A DNA stretch of 64,000 bases from Candidatus Poribacteria bacterium (lineage in GTDB: Bacteria > Poribacteria > WGA-4E > WGA-3G). Made by a program: the position numbers and the translations under genes. Positions 50,129 through 61,069 of the stretch are shown piece after piece. How positions within the stretch are numbered: the stretch's first letter is position 1; each line of letters starts with the position of its first letter. Below the pieces are notes generated by a model. That model ran no database searches, was not told the origin of the DNA, and was given only the letters and a program-made list of their open reading frames with translations. The DNA is taken from assembly GCA_965205015.1 (NCBI GenBank), contig OZ242029.1, forward strand, positions 2,048,001 through 2,112,000. Reading direction: 5' to 3'.

Positions 50129-50306
50129 TTCTATGACATGCCGCCCTTACAGGGCTATATGTATAGTAATCCGTTTTTCTATAAACATGCCGTCCCTACG
50201 GGACTAAAGATGTTGTTGAACAGTGCATCGTTAATTGCCTTCAGTGCCTGCGCTGTATATCCCTACGGGACTAAAGATGTTGTTGAACCCCGTTTCTATA
50301 AACATA
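50129..50306 (-). repeat. Inverted copies of the array repeat upstream of tnpA
   Basis: 50129-50156 and 50177-50205 are reverse complements of the repeat, 20 bp apart; partial copies at 50261-50272 and 50294-50306. Confidence 0.85.
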
Positions 50307-50415
50307 CCGATTGCTGATTGCTATCTTGTGGGAGGAATTTCAAACCCGACTCCCCAATCCTGCCAATCCGTAAAACCTGATTACCGACCGCTGACTGCCG
50401 ATTGCCGATTGCCAT

Positions 50416-51648
50416 CTACACCAACGACGCCACCGTAACCTGCTCCAAACACTCACGCTGAGCCTGCTGCAGCGTTCCCAACACACGCGCACCCGACTCA
50501 GACGATATGCCACGCACAAAATGCGTCGTCATCTCACCCTCAACCGCATCCACAAGCGTTGCCAGCGTAATATCCTCTAACGCACACGCCGGGAGGTACC
50601 CATCCGTATCCCCTTCAACCTCATAGATTAACCCTGCCGCCTTGAACCGTTCAAAACTCTGATGCACAACCTCTGCCGAAACCCCCGAACGCACAACCAC
50701 TTCTTCTGCCAGACAGGCACCTTCGCCTTTCGCGAAACGCTCCGCAACAATCAGAAACAACGCAATGACACCGGAAGCGTTCAGATAGCCGTTGGACGCA
50801 TAGGAAAACCGCCGGCTCGTAACGTCCTGCTGACGGAAATGCTGGACAGAATTCGAGACCTCCGCACCGAGCAGAATCACCACCCATGCGACATATATCC
50901 AGATAGCAAAGGTAATCAACATCGCCAGTGCCCCGTAGATATCGCTATAGTTCTGCCATAGCAACTCAAGGTAACGCCCAAAAGCGATCCGGGCGATCTG
51001 GAAAAGCGTCCCGGCGACGAGGGTACCGAGCAGTGCCGCACTCCACTTTACAAACGTATTCGGCATCGCAATGTACATCAGGAAAAAGAGGCAATAGACC
51101 AGCACCCATGGGAACACATGACCGAACACCCAGTTAGTAGCCGTCGAAAAAAAGAGCCAAATCAGCAGCGGGCCCACGGAGAGTAGTGTATAGAAAACGG
51201 CGTATTTCTGGAACGCTTGCACCACCGGCAACCGTCGCCGCGCCCCCCAAATGTCGTTAAAATGCTGTTCCACCGACATGAATAGCATCGTCGAGACCAG
51301 CAGAAACAGGAGGAACCCGCCGACACTCAGCCCACCCAGATTTCTATTGGCAAATCCTGAAAGTTCTGATACAATTTCCTCAGCACTATAGCGCGGCAGG
51401 AAGTTATCACGGAGCACCGCGATTAACGGCGAATTGCCATCTTCCACAACACCAAACGTTTTCAGCAAAAACAGCGCAACCGCCGACAACGGTACAAGAC
51501 AGAGCAGCGTGTTAAACGCCAATGACGATGCCTGCTGGAGACATTTATGCCCCATGAATTGATGCCAAACGTTCACGCCGAGACGCAAAACAGACACCCG
51601 CGCATCGCGAAAGTATCCCTCATATTTTTCGGAAAGGTTGTGTATCAT
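50416..51648 (-). CDS. YihY/BrkB-family membrane protein with a C-terminal winged-helix extension
   Basis: ASSLAFNTLLCLVP, FNDIW, YSDIYGALA, WIYVAWVVILLGAE. Confidence 0.88.
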   Translation of the reverse strand: MIHNLSEKYEGYFRDARVSVLRLGVNVWHQFMGHKCLQQASSLAFNTLLCLVPLSAVALFLLKTFGVVEDGNSPLIAVLRDNFLPRYSAEEIVSELSGFANRNLGGLSVGGFLLFLLVSTMLFMSVEQHFNDIWGARRRLPVVQAFQKYAVFYTLLSVGPLLIWLFFSTATNWVFGHVFPWVLVYCLFFLMYIAMPNTFVKWSAALLGTLVAGTLFQIARIAFGRYLELLWQNYSDIYGALAMLITFAIWIYVAWVVILLGAEVSNSVQHFRQQDVTSRRFSYASNGYLNASGVIALFLIVAERFAKGEGACLAEEVVVRSGVSAEVVHQSFERFKAAGLIYEVEGDTDGYLPACALEDITLATLVDAVEGEMTTHFVRGISSESGARVLGTLQQAQRECLEQVTVASLV

Positions 51649-51717
51649 CAGTTTTTGCTGGTGAGGTTTCCTAACCTCGCCGAGTTTTTTCGGAAAGGTT
51701 GTGTATCATTATATCTT

Positions 51718-52419
51718 ATGACAGACTCGAAACCAGATTTGATTTCACGCATAAAACGCAGACTTAGACAAACCCCGTTCTTATCTTACCTCATCGGATG
51801 CCCCTATCCTGCCCCACGCTGGCATCGATGTGTCAGAAAACGGCTCCGGCACCTCGGTCCCGACGCGAAAATCTTGGATCTCGGTGCCGGCCATCGCCGC
51901 CGCGCCCCAAACGTCATCAACCTCGACATCGAGATAACGCCTGAAGTCGATATTGTCGCCGATGGACACTTTTTGCCATTCAGCGACCATACCTTTGATG
52001 CCGTGGTCTCTGAAGCCGTCCTTGAACACGTTCGATCGCCGGATCTCGTTGTCACGGAGATCTATCGTGTGCTGAAACCCGGGGGATATATTTGCCTCGC
52101 GCTCCCGTTCCTACAAGGCTACCACGCCTCTCCTCACGATTATCAGCGATGGACAGTCCCCGGCATTGTTCACCTCTGTGCCGCCTTCTCTGAAATTGAG
52201 AGTGGTCCCTGCGCCGGTCCGACGACCGCTTTGCACTGGATCTGCCGAGAATACATCGGATTGGTGTGTTCGTTCGGGAGCCTACTCCTCGCGAAAACAA
52301 TCTCTCTTATTGTCGGGTGGTTGACGTTTCCACTCCTACTTTTAGATCTACCACTCTCCCTCCATAAAGATGCCCACATTTTGGCATCAGCCGTCTATTT
52401 TGTCGGGAGAAAGCCGTGA
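51718..52419 (+). CDS. Class I SAM-dependent methyltransferase
   Basis: ILDLGAG, LPF....FDAV, VLEHV, RVLKPGG, H.SPHDYQRW; start reassigned to ATG 51718. Confidence 0.85.
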   Translation: MTDSKPDLISRIKRRLRQTPFLSYLIGCPYPAPRWHRCVRKRLRHLGPDAKILDLGAGHRRRAPNVINLDIEITPEVDIVADGHFLPFSDHTFDAVVSEAVLEHVRSPDLVVTEIYRVLKPGGYICLALPFLQGYHASPHDYQRWTVPGIVHLCAAFSEIESGPCAGPTTALHWICREYIGLVCSFGSLLLAKTISLIVGWLTFPLLLLDLPLSLHKDAHILASAVYFVGRKP

Positions 52420-52531
52420 GCATGTGTGTTTTTCGTATTATATAGTATCTTCTTATGAAATGTCAAAAAAAAACGGCGAGGTTAAGAAACCTCGCCAGCA
52501 AGAAAATTAGAATATTGATCGGAGTCTTACG

Positions 52532-53050
52532 CTATTGGAACGTAATCTTCTCCGCTTTCGCTTTCTCAAGCAAACTCCGAACAATCTCAAGCGTCAGTTT
52601 GGAGAGTTTTTGCGAAAATTCGGCATCTGTAAGCGTCCGGTACCGTGAAGGTTGCGATCCCGTAATCCGTTCGCTTGCAATCATCAGTGCGTTTGACACG
52701 AGCGGTATAGGCACTTCAAGCAGAGACGTCGTATCTGGAACAGGTTCCGAAATCGGTGCAGGGGCTGTATCTGCTGTTTCACCGGCTAAAAAACTTTCGC
52801 GCCGCGAATTAATTTCGTCTAACACCTGCTGCGCGGCGACTTGGTGTGCAAATCTTTTTGAACCAGGAATCGGATCAGGCGTCTCATGGACCCGATCTCC
52901 ATAAGACACCGTTACCTGCCATTGTGGGGAATCCGCCGGTCCGAGTTGCGTTTCCGTGTAAGTCGGGGGGCGTAGCCCGCGTTCCTGGCAATATTGAATC
53001 AAAAGCCCTTTATAATTTTCCGATGCCTCGCCAGTAGCCAAATCTGCCAT
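52532..53050 (-). CDS. Stand-alone double-stranded RNA-binding-motif protein
   Basis: NYKGLLIQYCQERGLRPPTY....GP...P.W.V.V....GSKRFAHQVAAQQVL; GGAGG RBS before ATG 53050. Confidence 0.7.
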   Translation of the reverse strand: MADLATGEASENYKGLLIQYCQERGLRPPTYTETQLGPADSPQWQVTVSYGDRVHETPDPIPGSKRFAHQVAAQQVLDEINSRRESFLAGETADTAPAPISEPVPDTTSLLEVPIPLVSNALMIASERITGSQPSRYRTLTDAEFSQKLSKLTLEIVRSLLEKAKAEKITFQ

Positions 53051-53069
53051 GTATCCCTCCTCAAGCGAT

Positions 53070-53309
53070 TTACCGAGTGTTACCACCGCCACCACTATAA
53101 AACTGTGGACGTTCACCGCCCATTCTACGGGGTTTCACCTTCCGCTGTCGTTTCATCTCAATTCTGCGTCGTTTCTCGCTCGGCTTCTCGTAAAAGCTCC
53201 GCTTTTTTATTTCTGTGACGATACCGGCTTTTCCACACATCTTCTTAAAGCGTGCCAGGGCGCGATCAAACGCCTCACCTGAATCGACACTCACTTCTAC
53301 TTGAACCAT
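53070..53309 (-). CDS. rpsU: 30S ribosomal protein S21
   Basis: [11 protein letters not shown]...[18 protein letters not shown]; minus-strand TTGACA-17-TATAAT at 53357-53385. Confidence 0.92.
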   Translation of the reverse strand: MVQVEVSVDSGEAFDRALARFKKMCGKAGIVTEIKKRSFYEKPSEKRRRIEMKRQRKVKPRRMGGERPQFYSGGGGNTR

Positions 53310-53515
53310 TTTTTTAAGCCTCCATTAGAATTTAAAGTTAAAAAAACACTTCATAAATTATATCACATCCCACACCCAATGTCAAATATTTCTTTGGTAT
53401 TTGGTACTGACTCTTATTAAAAATTTCTTGCGATGAACTCAAAACGGGTGTATAATTAAGAAAGAATTGGAACTGGTGAGACAATTCGCGAACCGGATCC
53501 CAATAAACTTTTGCT

Positions 53516-53704
53516 ATGAAGGTTAGGCAACTCATTAAAACACTTCGAGAAGATGGGTGGTACCTTGAACGGACGCGAGGCAGTCATCGACAGTTTAAAC
53601 ACCCAATCAAATCTGGAACCGTGACGGTTTCCGGAAATATGGGTTTAGATGTTCCCAAGGGCAGACTCAATAACGTTCTAAGGCAAGCCGGTCTCAAGGA
53701 GTGA
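53516..53704 (+). CDS. hicA: HicA-family toxin
   Basis: L..DGW...RTRGSHRQFKHP...G.VTV...G.L..VLRQAGL. Confidence 0.9.
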   Translation: MKVRQLIKTLREDGWYLERTRGSHRQFKHPIKSGTVTVSGNMGLDVPKGRLNNVLRQAGLKE

Positions 53705-53717
53705 GGTGGAAAAAATT

Positions 53718-53960
53718 ATGGAATACGTCGTGATTTTTGAAAAAGGAGAAAACAGTTACGGTGCTTCTGTTCCCGATCTCCCTGGATGCATCGCTGTCGG
53801 TGAGACAATGGAGGCGGTCAAGGAATTAATTGCCGAAGCCATCCAATTCCATATTGAAGGGCTACGGCAAGACGGGGATGTTGTGCCACAACCCTTATCG
53901 AAATTACCTGTGCAAAGCGACCCTAATGTATCATCAGCGTTAATCACAGCACAGACTTAA
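53718..53960 (+). CDS. hicB: HicB-family antitoxin (short form)
   Basis: Y.VIFEK....YGASVPDLPGCIAVGET...EAI.FHIEGL; alternative GTG start at 53706. Confidence 0.88.
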   Translation: MEYVVIFEKGENSYGASVPDLPGCIAVGETMEAVKELIAEAIQFHIEGLRQDGDVVPQPLSKLPVQSDPNVSSALITAQT

Positions 53961-53963
53961 TGA

Positions 53964-54728
53964 GGCAGCGCCATCTACGAAATCATCATCCTCTGCTTCG
54001 GGGCATGGCTCACGGGGGTCAGCAAAGCCGGTTTCGGCGGGGGCATTGGGATGATCGTCGTCCCCATGTTCACGCATTTCCGTAGTGCTCGAAACGTCAT
54101 CGGATTAATGCTTCCGCTCCTGTTCTCAACAGACATCTTCTCGCTTTTCCACTACTGGAAGCGGTGGCATCGCCAAAGCGTCACACGACTCATCCTCGGC
54201 TCCCTACTCGGTATCACCGTCGCCAGCCTGATTTTGAAGGACATCTCTGATGTCCATCTAAAAAAGGTCATCGGCGGCATCGCCTGTCTATTTGCGATAT
54301 TAGAATTCCTGCGTCCGTATTGGCAACCTTTACTCAGAAATTCCGAGCAACCCGTCCAAACAGCACTCCAATTCAAGACCTGGCAAGGACTACTTGCAGG
54401 GATATTTGCTGGCGCATTCTCAACCCTCGCGCACATGGGCGGACTCGTCGTCGTCATGTACCTACTTCCACAACGTTTGGGCAACAATGCCTTCGTCGCA
54501 ACCACAACCGCCACCTATTTCCTACTCAACTTCATCAAAATTCCATTCTATTTCCAGTTACAACTTTTCTCTTTTGAGATTCTGATTGAAGCATTCGCGC
54601 TGCTTCCGTTCATCGGATTAGGTGTGCTAACAGGTATCTCGCTCAACAATCGCGTACCGGAGCTCCTCTTTTCAAGGATCGTCCTTTTCTTCCTCTTCGC
54701 GACCGGTGTGCATCTTCTGTTGACTTGA
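53964..54728 (+). CDS. TauE/SafE sulfite-exporter family membrane protein; native start appears frameshifted
   Basis: In-frame ILCFGAWLTGVSKAGFGGGIG lies upstream of the first ATG (54051); ATG 53960 is out of frame; STLAHMGG motif. Confidence 0.75.
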   Translation, partial: GSAIYEIIILCFGAWLTGVSKAGFGGGIGMIVVPMFTHFRSARNVIGLMLPLLFSTDIFSLFHYWKRWHRQSVTRLILGSLLGITVASLILKDISDVHLKKVIGGIACLFAILEFLRPYWQPLLRNSEQPVQTALQFKTWQGLLAGIFAGAFSTLAHMGGLVVVMYLLPQRLGNNAFVATTTATYFLLNFIKIPFYFQLQLFSFEILIEAFALLPFIGLGVLTGISLNNRVPELLFSRIVLFFLFATGVHLLLT

Positions 54729-54866
54729 AATATATCCGAAAATCCCCTATAATATACACCACAACAAAACAGATGAGGTTTTAACACAATGTTACCGCCT
54801 ACCGCTGGCGAGGTTTCTAACCTCGCCTATCTTCTAAACAACAAAAATAGATGAGGTCTTAACACA

Positions 54867-55853
54867 ATGAGCTTAAAATGGGGGGTATTAGGCGCAGGCA
54901 GCGTCGCACAACGCAGAGCAATGCCAGCGATTAAAAAAGCAGACCAGGCAGAACTCCACGCCTTGCTTTCACGCGACGCGACGCGGGCAGAACGATTGGC
55001 AAGGGAACACGGAGCAGCCCATGCCTACACCACCGTCGAGGCACTCCTCGCAGACGATGCACTTGACGCAATCTACGTTTCAACACCCGTTCACCTACAC
55101 TGTGAGCAGGTAATCGCCGCCGCGGAACGCGGCTTGCATGTGCTGTGCGATAAACCGCTGGCACTCACACCACAAGAATGTACAGAAATGATCGCTGCTT
55201 GTGAAACAAACGGAGTCCATCTGCAAGTCTGCTTCCTTTTCCGCTTTCACTCCTGCTTCCAGCAGATCCGAGCGTGGGTAGACGCTGGACGTTTCGGCAC
55301 CATAGTCCATGGGCGTATGCCATTTCTCAAACAGTACCAACTCACGCCAGGCGAATGGCGAGCGCAACCAGAAAAGGGCGGCGGCGGATGCTTCATGGAC
55401 CTCGGTCCCCATAGTGTAGATCTACTCCGCTACCTCATCGGCGAGGTGAGTGCCGTCAGCGCGTTTTACAACACGACTATCCAAGACACCACTGTCGAAG
55501 AAACCGGGGGCATCCTCATGCGCTTTGATAACGGCGCACAAGCTTTCACTGACCTCAGTTTTTCAGTGCCACAGTGCGATATCGTTTTAGAACTCTACGG
55601 CACAGAGGGCACCGTTTGGGTCTACAACGACGACGGTTGGAAAATCAAAACCTACTTTGACGACGAACAGCAATTAATCCCCTCACAATACGAGGACCTG
55701 TATCAATATCAATTTGAGCATTTCGCAGCATGTGTACACGAAAGTGTCGCACCCATCACAACCGGAAATGATGGGTTAAGAGCAAACGAAATTCTTGCCG
55801 CCGCATATCGCGCAGGAGAGACCGGACAGATGGTGCCGTGTCCCGCAGCATAG
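54867..55853 (+). CDS. Gfo/Idh/MocA-family oxidoreductase
   Basis: WGVLGAG, DAIYVSTP..LH, HVLCDKP, GGG..MDLGPH. Confidence 0.9.
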   Translation: MSLKWGVLGAGSVAQRRAMPAIKKADQAELHALLSRDATRAERLAREHGAAHAYTTVEALLADDALDAIYVSTPVHLHCEQVIAAAERGLHVLCDKPLALTPQECTEMIAACETNGVHLQVCFLFRFHSCFQQIRAWVDAGRFGTIVHGRMPFLKQYQLTPGEWRAQPEKGGGGCFMDLGPHSVDLLRYLIGEVSAVSAFYNTTIQDTTVEETGGILMRFDNGAQAFTDLSFSVPQCDIVLELYGTEGTVWVYNDDGWKIKTYFDDEQQLIPSQYEDLYQYQFEHFAACVHESVAPITTGNDGLRANEILAAAYRAGETGQMVPCPAA

Positions 55854-55883
55854 AATGGCGAACGGTTTCCGATAGCCATACTA

Positions 55884-56020
55884 TGCCAAAATGGCACAGT
55901 ATCCTCCAAATCCATTTTCGGATACGACAAATTGTCACGGCAGAAACCCTGCCAAAATGTCACGTTCTTCCGTCTAACCCTGACGATATGGCAGTTTTAG
56001 AGATTGGCACGAAAATTGCT
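55884..56020 (+). promoter_or_regulatory. Sigma54-type promoter with four upstream palindromic boxes
   Basis: TGGCACGAAAATTGCT at 56005-56020 matches the -24/-12 consensus; TG(A/C)CA-N3-TG(G/T)CA-like boxes at 55884, 55925, 55950, 55981. Confidence 0.7.
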
Positions 56021-56130
56021 ACTGTATTTCGTAGGAGCGAGTTTTACGCTCGACGCTTCTGTATTTGTAGGAGCGAATTTCACTCGCGATTCACAATTTT
56101 CACGCCATACTCAAGGAGGAATGCAGCGAC

Positions 56131-58064
<1,934 letters not shown>

Positions 58065-58080
58065 ACCCTGAGTAACCAAG

Positions 58081-58112
58081 AAAGGCGAGGTTTCCGAACC
58101 TCGCCTTTTTTC
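58081..58112 (+). terminator. Terminator formed from a REP-type hairpin
   Basis: AAAGGCGAGG tttccgaa CCTCGCCTTT followed by a T-run. Confidence 0.7.
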
Positions 58113-58135
58113 TGCGAATAACCGATAACTGACAA

Positions 58136-59263
58136 CTATTTTCCCAAAAACCGTTCGCACTCCCGAAGCACAGTCGCAACCGCAATCGTGTGCATACACG
58201 GCGAGGTCCCATCCGCAAGGGCTTGGCACCCATATTCAAACCCCAAATTGAGACACGGACTACACGGTATCCGCGCACGCACAATACTCGCCTGACGACT
58301 CCAAGGACCCCATTGCGCAAAATTCGTAGGACCATGTACCCCGATAACCGGCGTGCCGACTGCTGCCGCCAGGTGCATCGGACCACAATTACCGCTCACG
58401 ACCAACGTCGCATCCGCGAAAAGAGCGGCGAGTTGATTGACATCTGTCCGTCCGGCGAGTACGACGGCTCGATGTTTCGTCCGCTCGGCGATCTCTTCAG
58501 AGACCGCCACCTCATCGGGCGCGCCTGTCAAAACGATCTGCGCCCCATACTTTGCAACGAGGGCATTCGCCAGTGCTACATAGCGTCCCTGTGGCCATTG
58601 CCTGCGAGGCTCGCCGCGTCTGCCTGCCTCTGGATGTAACACAATCAGCGGTTTCTCCAGCGAGATACCCGCTTCTGCCAAAACTTCGCGCACCCACATC
58701 CGTTCCGTTTCACGCCACCAAACCTCAAGTCCAAGTTCTTCGACTGAACAGTTCAGTTGCGCCGCAAGGCTCAAAAAGTTACGAACCTCATGCCGTCCGT
58801 GGACGTGCGGCACCGTCTCCGTGAACAGGAAATGACGGTACTCTCCCTGCGTCGAAAACCCCAGCCGCATCGGGGCACCCGTCGCGTAAGCCAGCAGCGC
58901 GCTCAATCGGGGCCAATGCTCTAAGTCGATTGCCCAATCAAAACCTTCGCGACGCAGCAGCGAAATCAACCGACCTTCCGGTTTATGGAAAGTGATACGT
59001 CTGTCAATATACGGACACGCCGCTAAATAATTGAGGTTCGTCGGGGACGCCAATATCGTGACTTCGGCATCCGGAAAGGTATATCGAATCGCCCGAAGGG
59101 TGGGGATCGCCAAGATTGTGTCACCCAAAGCAGAGAGTTGAATGAAAAGAATCTTTTTCGGGGTAGGTATTGTCGGTGCCCGCTTAGAAAATAGACGCAG
59201 CAGCAGACAAAGTGGGATACCGAGGTATCGGTCTAAATGCTGTTGAAGCCGAGTTGACTGCAT
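58136..59263 (-). CDS. Glycosyltransferase family 9 (heptosyltransferase-like)
   Basis: ALGDTILA.P, LAGRT...QLAAL, GNCGPMHLAAAVGTP, HGPT, C.PC; alternative TTG start at 59281. Confidence 0.88.
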   Translation of the reverse strand: MQSTRLQQHLDRYLGIPLCLLLRLFSKRAPTIPTPKKILFIQLSALGDTILAIPTLRAIRYTFPDAEVTILASPTNLNYLAACPYIDRRITFHKPEGRLISLLRREGFDWAIDLEHWPRLSALLAYATGAPMRLGFSTQGEYRHFLFTETVPHVHGRHEVRNFLSLAAQLNCSVEELGLEVWWRETERMWVREVLAEAGISLEKPLIVLHPEAGRRGEPRRQWPQGRYVALANALVAKYGAQIVLTGAPDEVAVSEEIAERTKHRAVVLAGRTDVNQLAALFADATLVVSGNCGPMHLAAAVGTPVIGVHGPTNFAQWGPWSRQASIVRARIPCSPCLNLGFEYGCQALADGTSPCMHTIAVATVLRECERFLGK

Positions 59264-59385
59264 AATGGATTCTCTATCCAAGCGCGGTAGGTATTGAAGG
59301 GACTGTCGGTGGTTGACAATTGGTAGGCGAGGTTTGAAACCTCACCAGCGGCGGTGAGGTGTTTTGTGTCTTGGAGAGTGCCCAC

Positions 59386-60006
59386 TTATTTTTCGGCTTT
59401 ACTATAATTCGCGTAACCGTACAACTCAATTTCCGCAATCTTCGCGAGTGCCGTTGTCGGTCCTGTTATATAATAGCGGAGAGGTCCACGCCGCACCTGT
59501 CCCTCTTGGATTTCCAAATTTTCGCGTCGTATTTGGACGTTCTCGCGTCTCCGAGCGGCATCCTCCGTCGTCCGATGCACGATCAATTTAATGCCCGTTG
59601 TCGTAACCGCTTTATTAAGACGGACATCGATGATCGGAGCCTTATTACTCCGCTTGTCATAAATTTTATCCCACTCGCCGCGCGAGTTATACGCCATCAA
59701 CTCGAACGCTTCCAAATTTGTCGAGTGAATCACAATCCGATAGACCGACCGCTTCTCCGGTAGATAAATAATCGCCTCCGACGGAATATCAATATCGGTA
59801 TCGGCACTGCCCGACCCTTTTTTACGTTGGGATTGTCCAATCGTCTCAGGTTTGCCATCAATGATTGCTGGGTCGCTGGCGGTTACACCCGGCGAGAGGG
59901 CGTAGTTCTCACTCCACTGCTGAGCGAGATTACAACCGTAGTATAGACACATCACCCCCAATAACACGGCTACGTGCCCGCTGCATGATCTGAATTTAAC
60001 ACGCAT
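59386..60006 (-). CDS. Hypothetical exported protein / lipoprotein (possible beta-sandwich)
   Basis: Hydrophobic N-terminus ending YYGC; ends IAEIELYG; coupled to the upstream gene. Confidence 0.6.
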   Translation of the reverse strand: MRVKFRSCSGHVAVLLGVMCLYYGCNLAQQWSENYALSPGVTASDPAIIDGKPETIGQSQRKKGSGSADTDIDIPSEAIIYLPEKRSVYRIVIHSTNLEAFELMAYNSRGEWDKIYDKRSNKAPIIDVRLNKAVTTTGIKLIVHRTTEDAARRRENVQIRRENLEIQEGQVRRGPLRYYITGPTTALAKIAEIELYGYANYSKAEK

Positions 60007-61058
60007 TATTGCCTCCGACGGACGCTATTTGCCTCAATTTGATTGAGAATGTCCTCTTTCGTCAATCGACGCACCTTGAAATGCAATTTCCGAAAAAAGG
60101 GCACCAAATCCTCACCCGCTGCTTCGTTAAAATAATAAACCAAAAAACTGGTCTTCATCGTCCCCGCCAGTTTTTGATGCAGACCATCTCGTTCCATCAA
60201 CCGAAAAACCCTGATATAAAAATCTGTACCGTATCGCTCCCACAACTCAGCAACAAGCGTGTAGGCATATCTATAGCGCCAATGCGTCAGCGGATTGTTT
60301 TCAGTATGCCCCGCCCAACTCTCCAATTGATTCACACCATCAAGATCGACTCGCAGATTTCCCTCAAGACTATCAAACTTCGGATGTGTCCCACCTTTCG
60401 CATATTCCGTCTGAATCAGGACAGCAATGCCTTCTGAGAACCATACCGGTAAAAAATAGATATTCGTAAAGGCATGGGTCAGTTCATGGACGCGCACGCC
60501 ATGTTTTTCGTACATCCGTATTGGGAAATCCATCTCAATACCTCTGATAACCTTTACATAGCGTCCATCTGCCTGAATACCTGAACGATAGTCCGTGCGC
60601 GTAACTGCTGAGAGGTTACTGCCCCTATAGAGGTGATGCAGTGTCACGTGAATCTTATGCTTCGGTTTAAAACCGAAAAGTTGATTCATTGCGTCGTAAA
60701 GACTTTCCATATAACCGAGCGCGCTTTCCGCGAATTCCCACCGTTCCTTGACCTCGTCAAAGTCTGCAAGAACTCGTAAGTCTTCAGCAAATTTGAGGGT
60801 ATAGTGATCGCTCTCACCGCGCAGGGCGTCCGGATGGATTTTAATCGTCGCCTGCGAGGGGCTGAGCATGAGCGATGTGGCATTTCGTTCTTTGAGGATC
60901 CGTTCCTCGCGCCGTTGCTGTGCTTCCTTTAACGCAGTGCAACCGCTGAAAATAAACATCAACACAAGTGGCACAAACACGACTCGCGTTCGCATTGAGT
61001 TATAGAAGGAGCGACTGAAAACCGCACCAATGAGGTACAATCCGCCTCTATATTTCAC
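60006..61058 (-). CDS. Zinc metallopeptidase-like lipoprotein (gluzincin type)
   Basis: HELTH followed by WFSEGIA; IFSGC lipobox (start may be MRTRV). Confidence 0.7.
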   Translation of the reverse strand: MKYRGGLYLIGAVFSRSFYNSMRTRVVFVPLVLMFIFSGCTALKEAQQRREERILKERNATSLMLSPSQATIKIHPDALRGESDHYTLKFAEDLRVLADFDEVKERWEFAESALGYMESLYDAMNQLFGFKPKHKIHVTLHHLYRGSNLSAVTRTDYRSGIQADGRYVKVIRGIEMDFPIRMYEKHGVRVHELTHAFTNIYFLPVWFSEGIAVLIQTEYAKGGTHPKFDSLEGNLRVDLDGVNQLESWAGHTENNPLTHWRYRYAYTLVAELWERYGTDFYIRVFRLMERDGLHQKLAGTMKTSFLVYYFNEAAGEDLVPFFRKLHFKVRRLTKEDILNQIEANSVRRRQ

Positions 61059-61069
61059 GATATTCCCCT

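Noticed and set aside
55860-56130. CIRCE element upstream of groES
   Set aside because: No TTAGCACTC-N9-GAGTGCTAA match seen.
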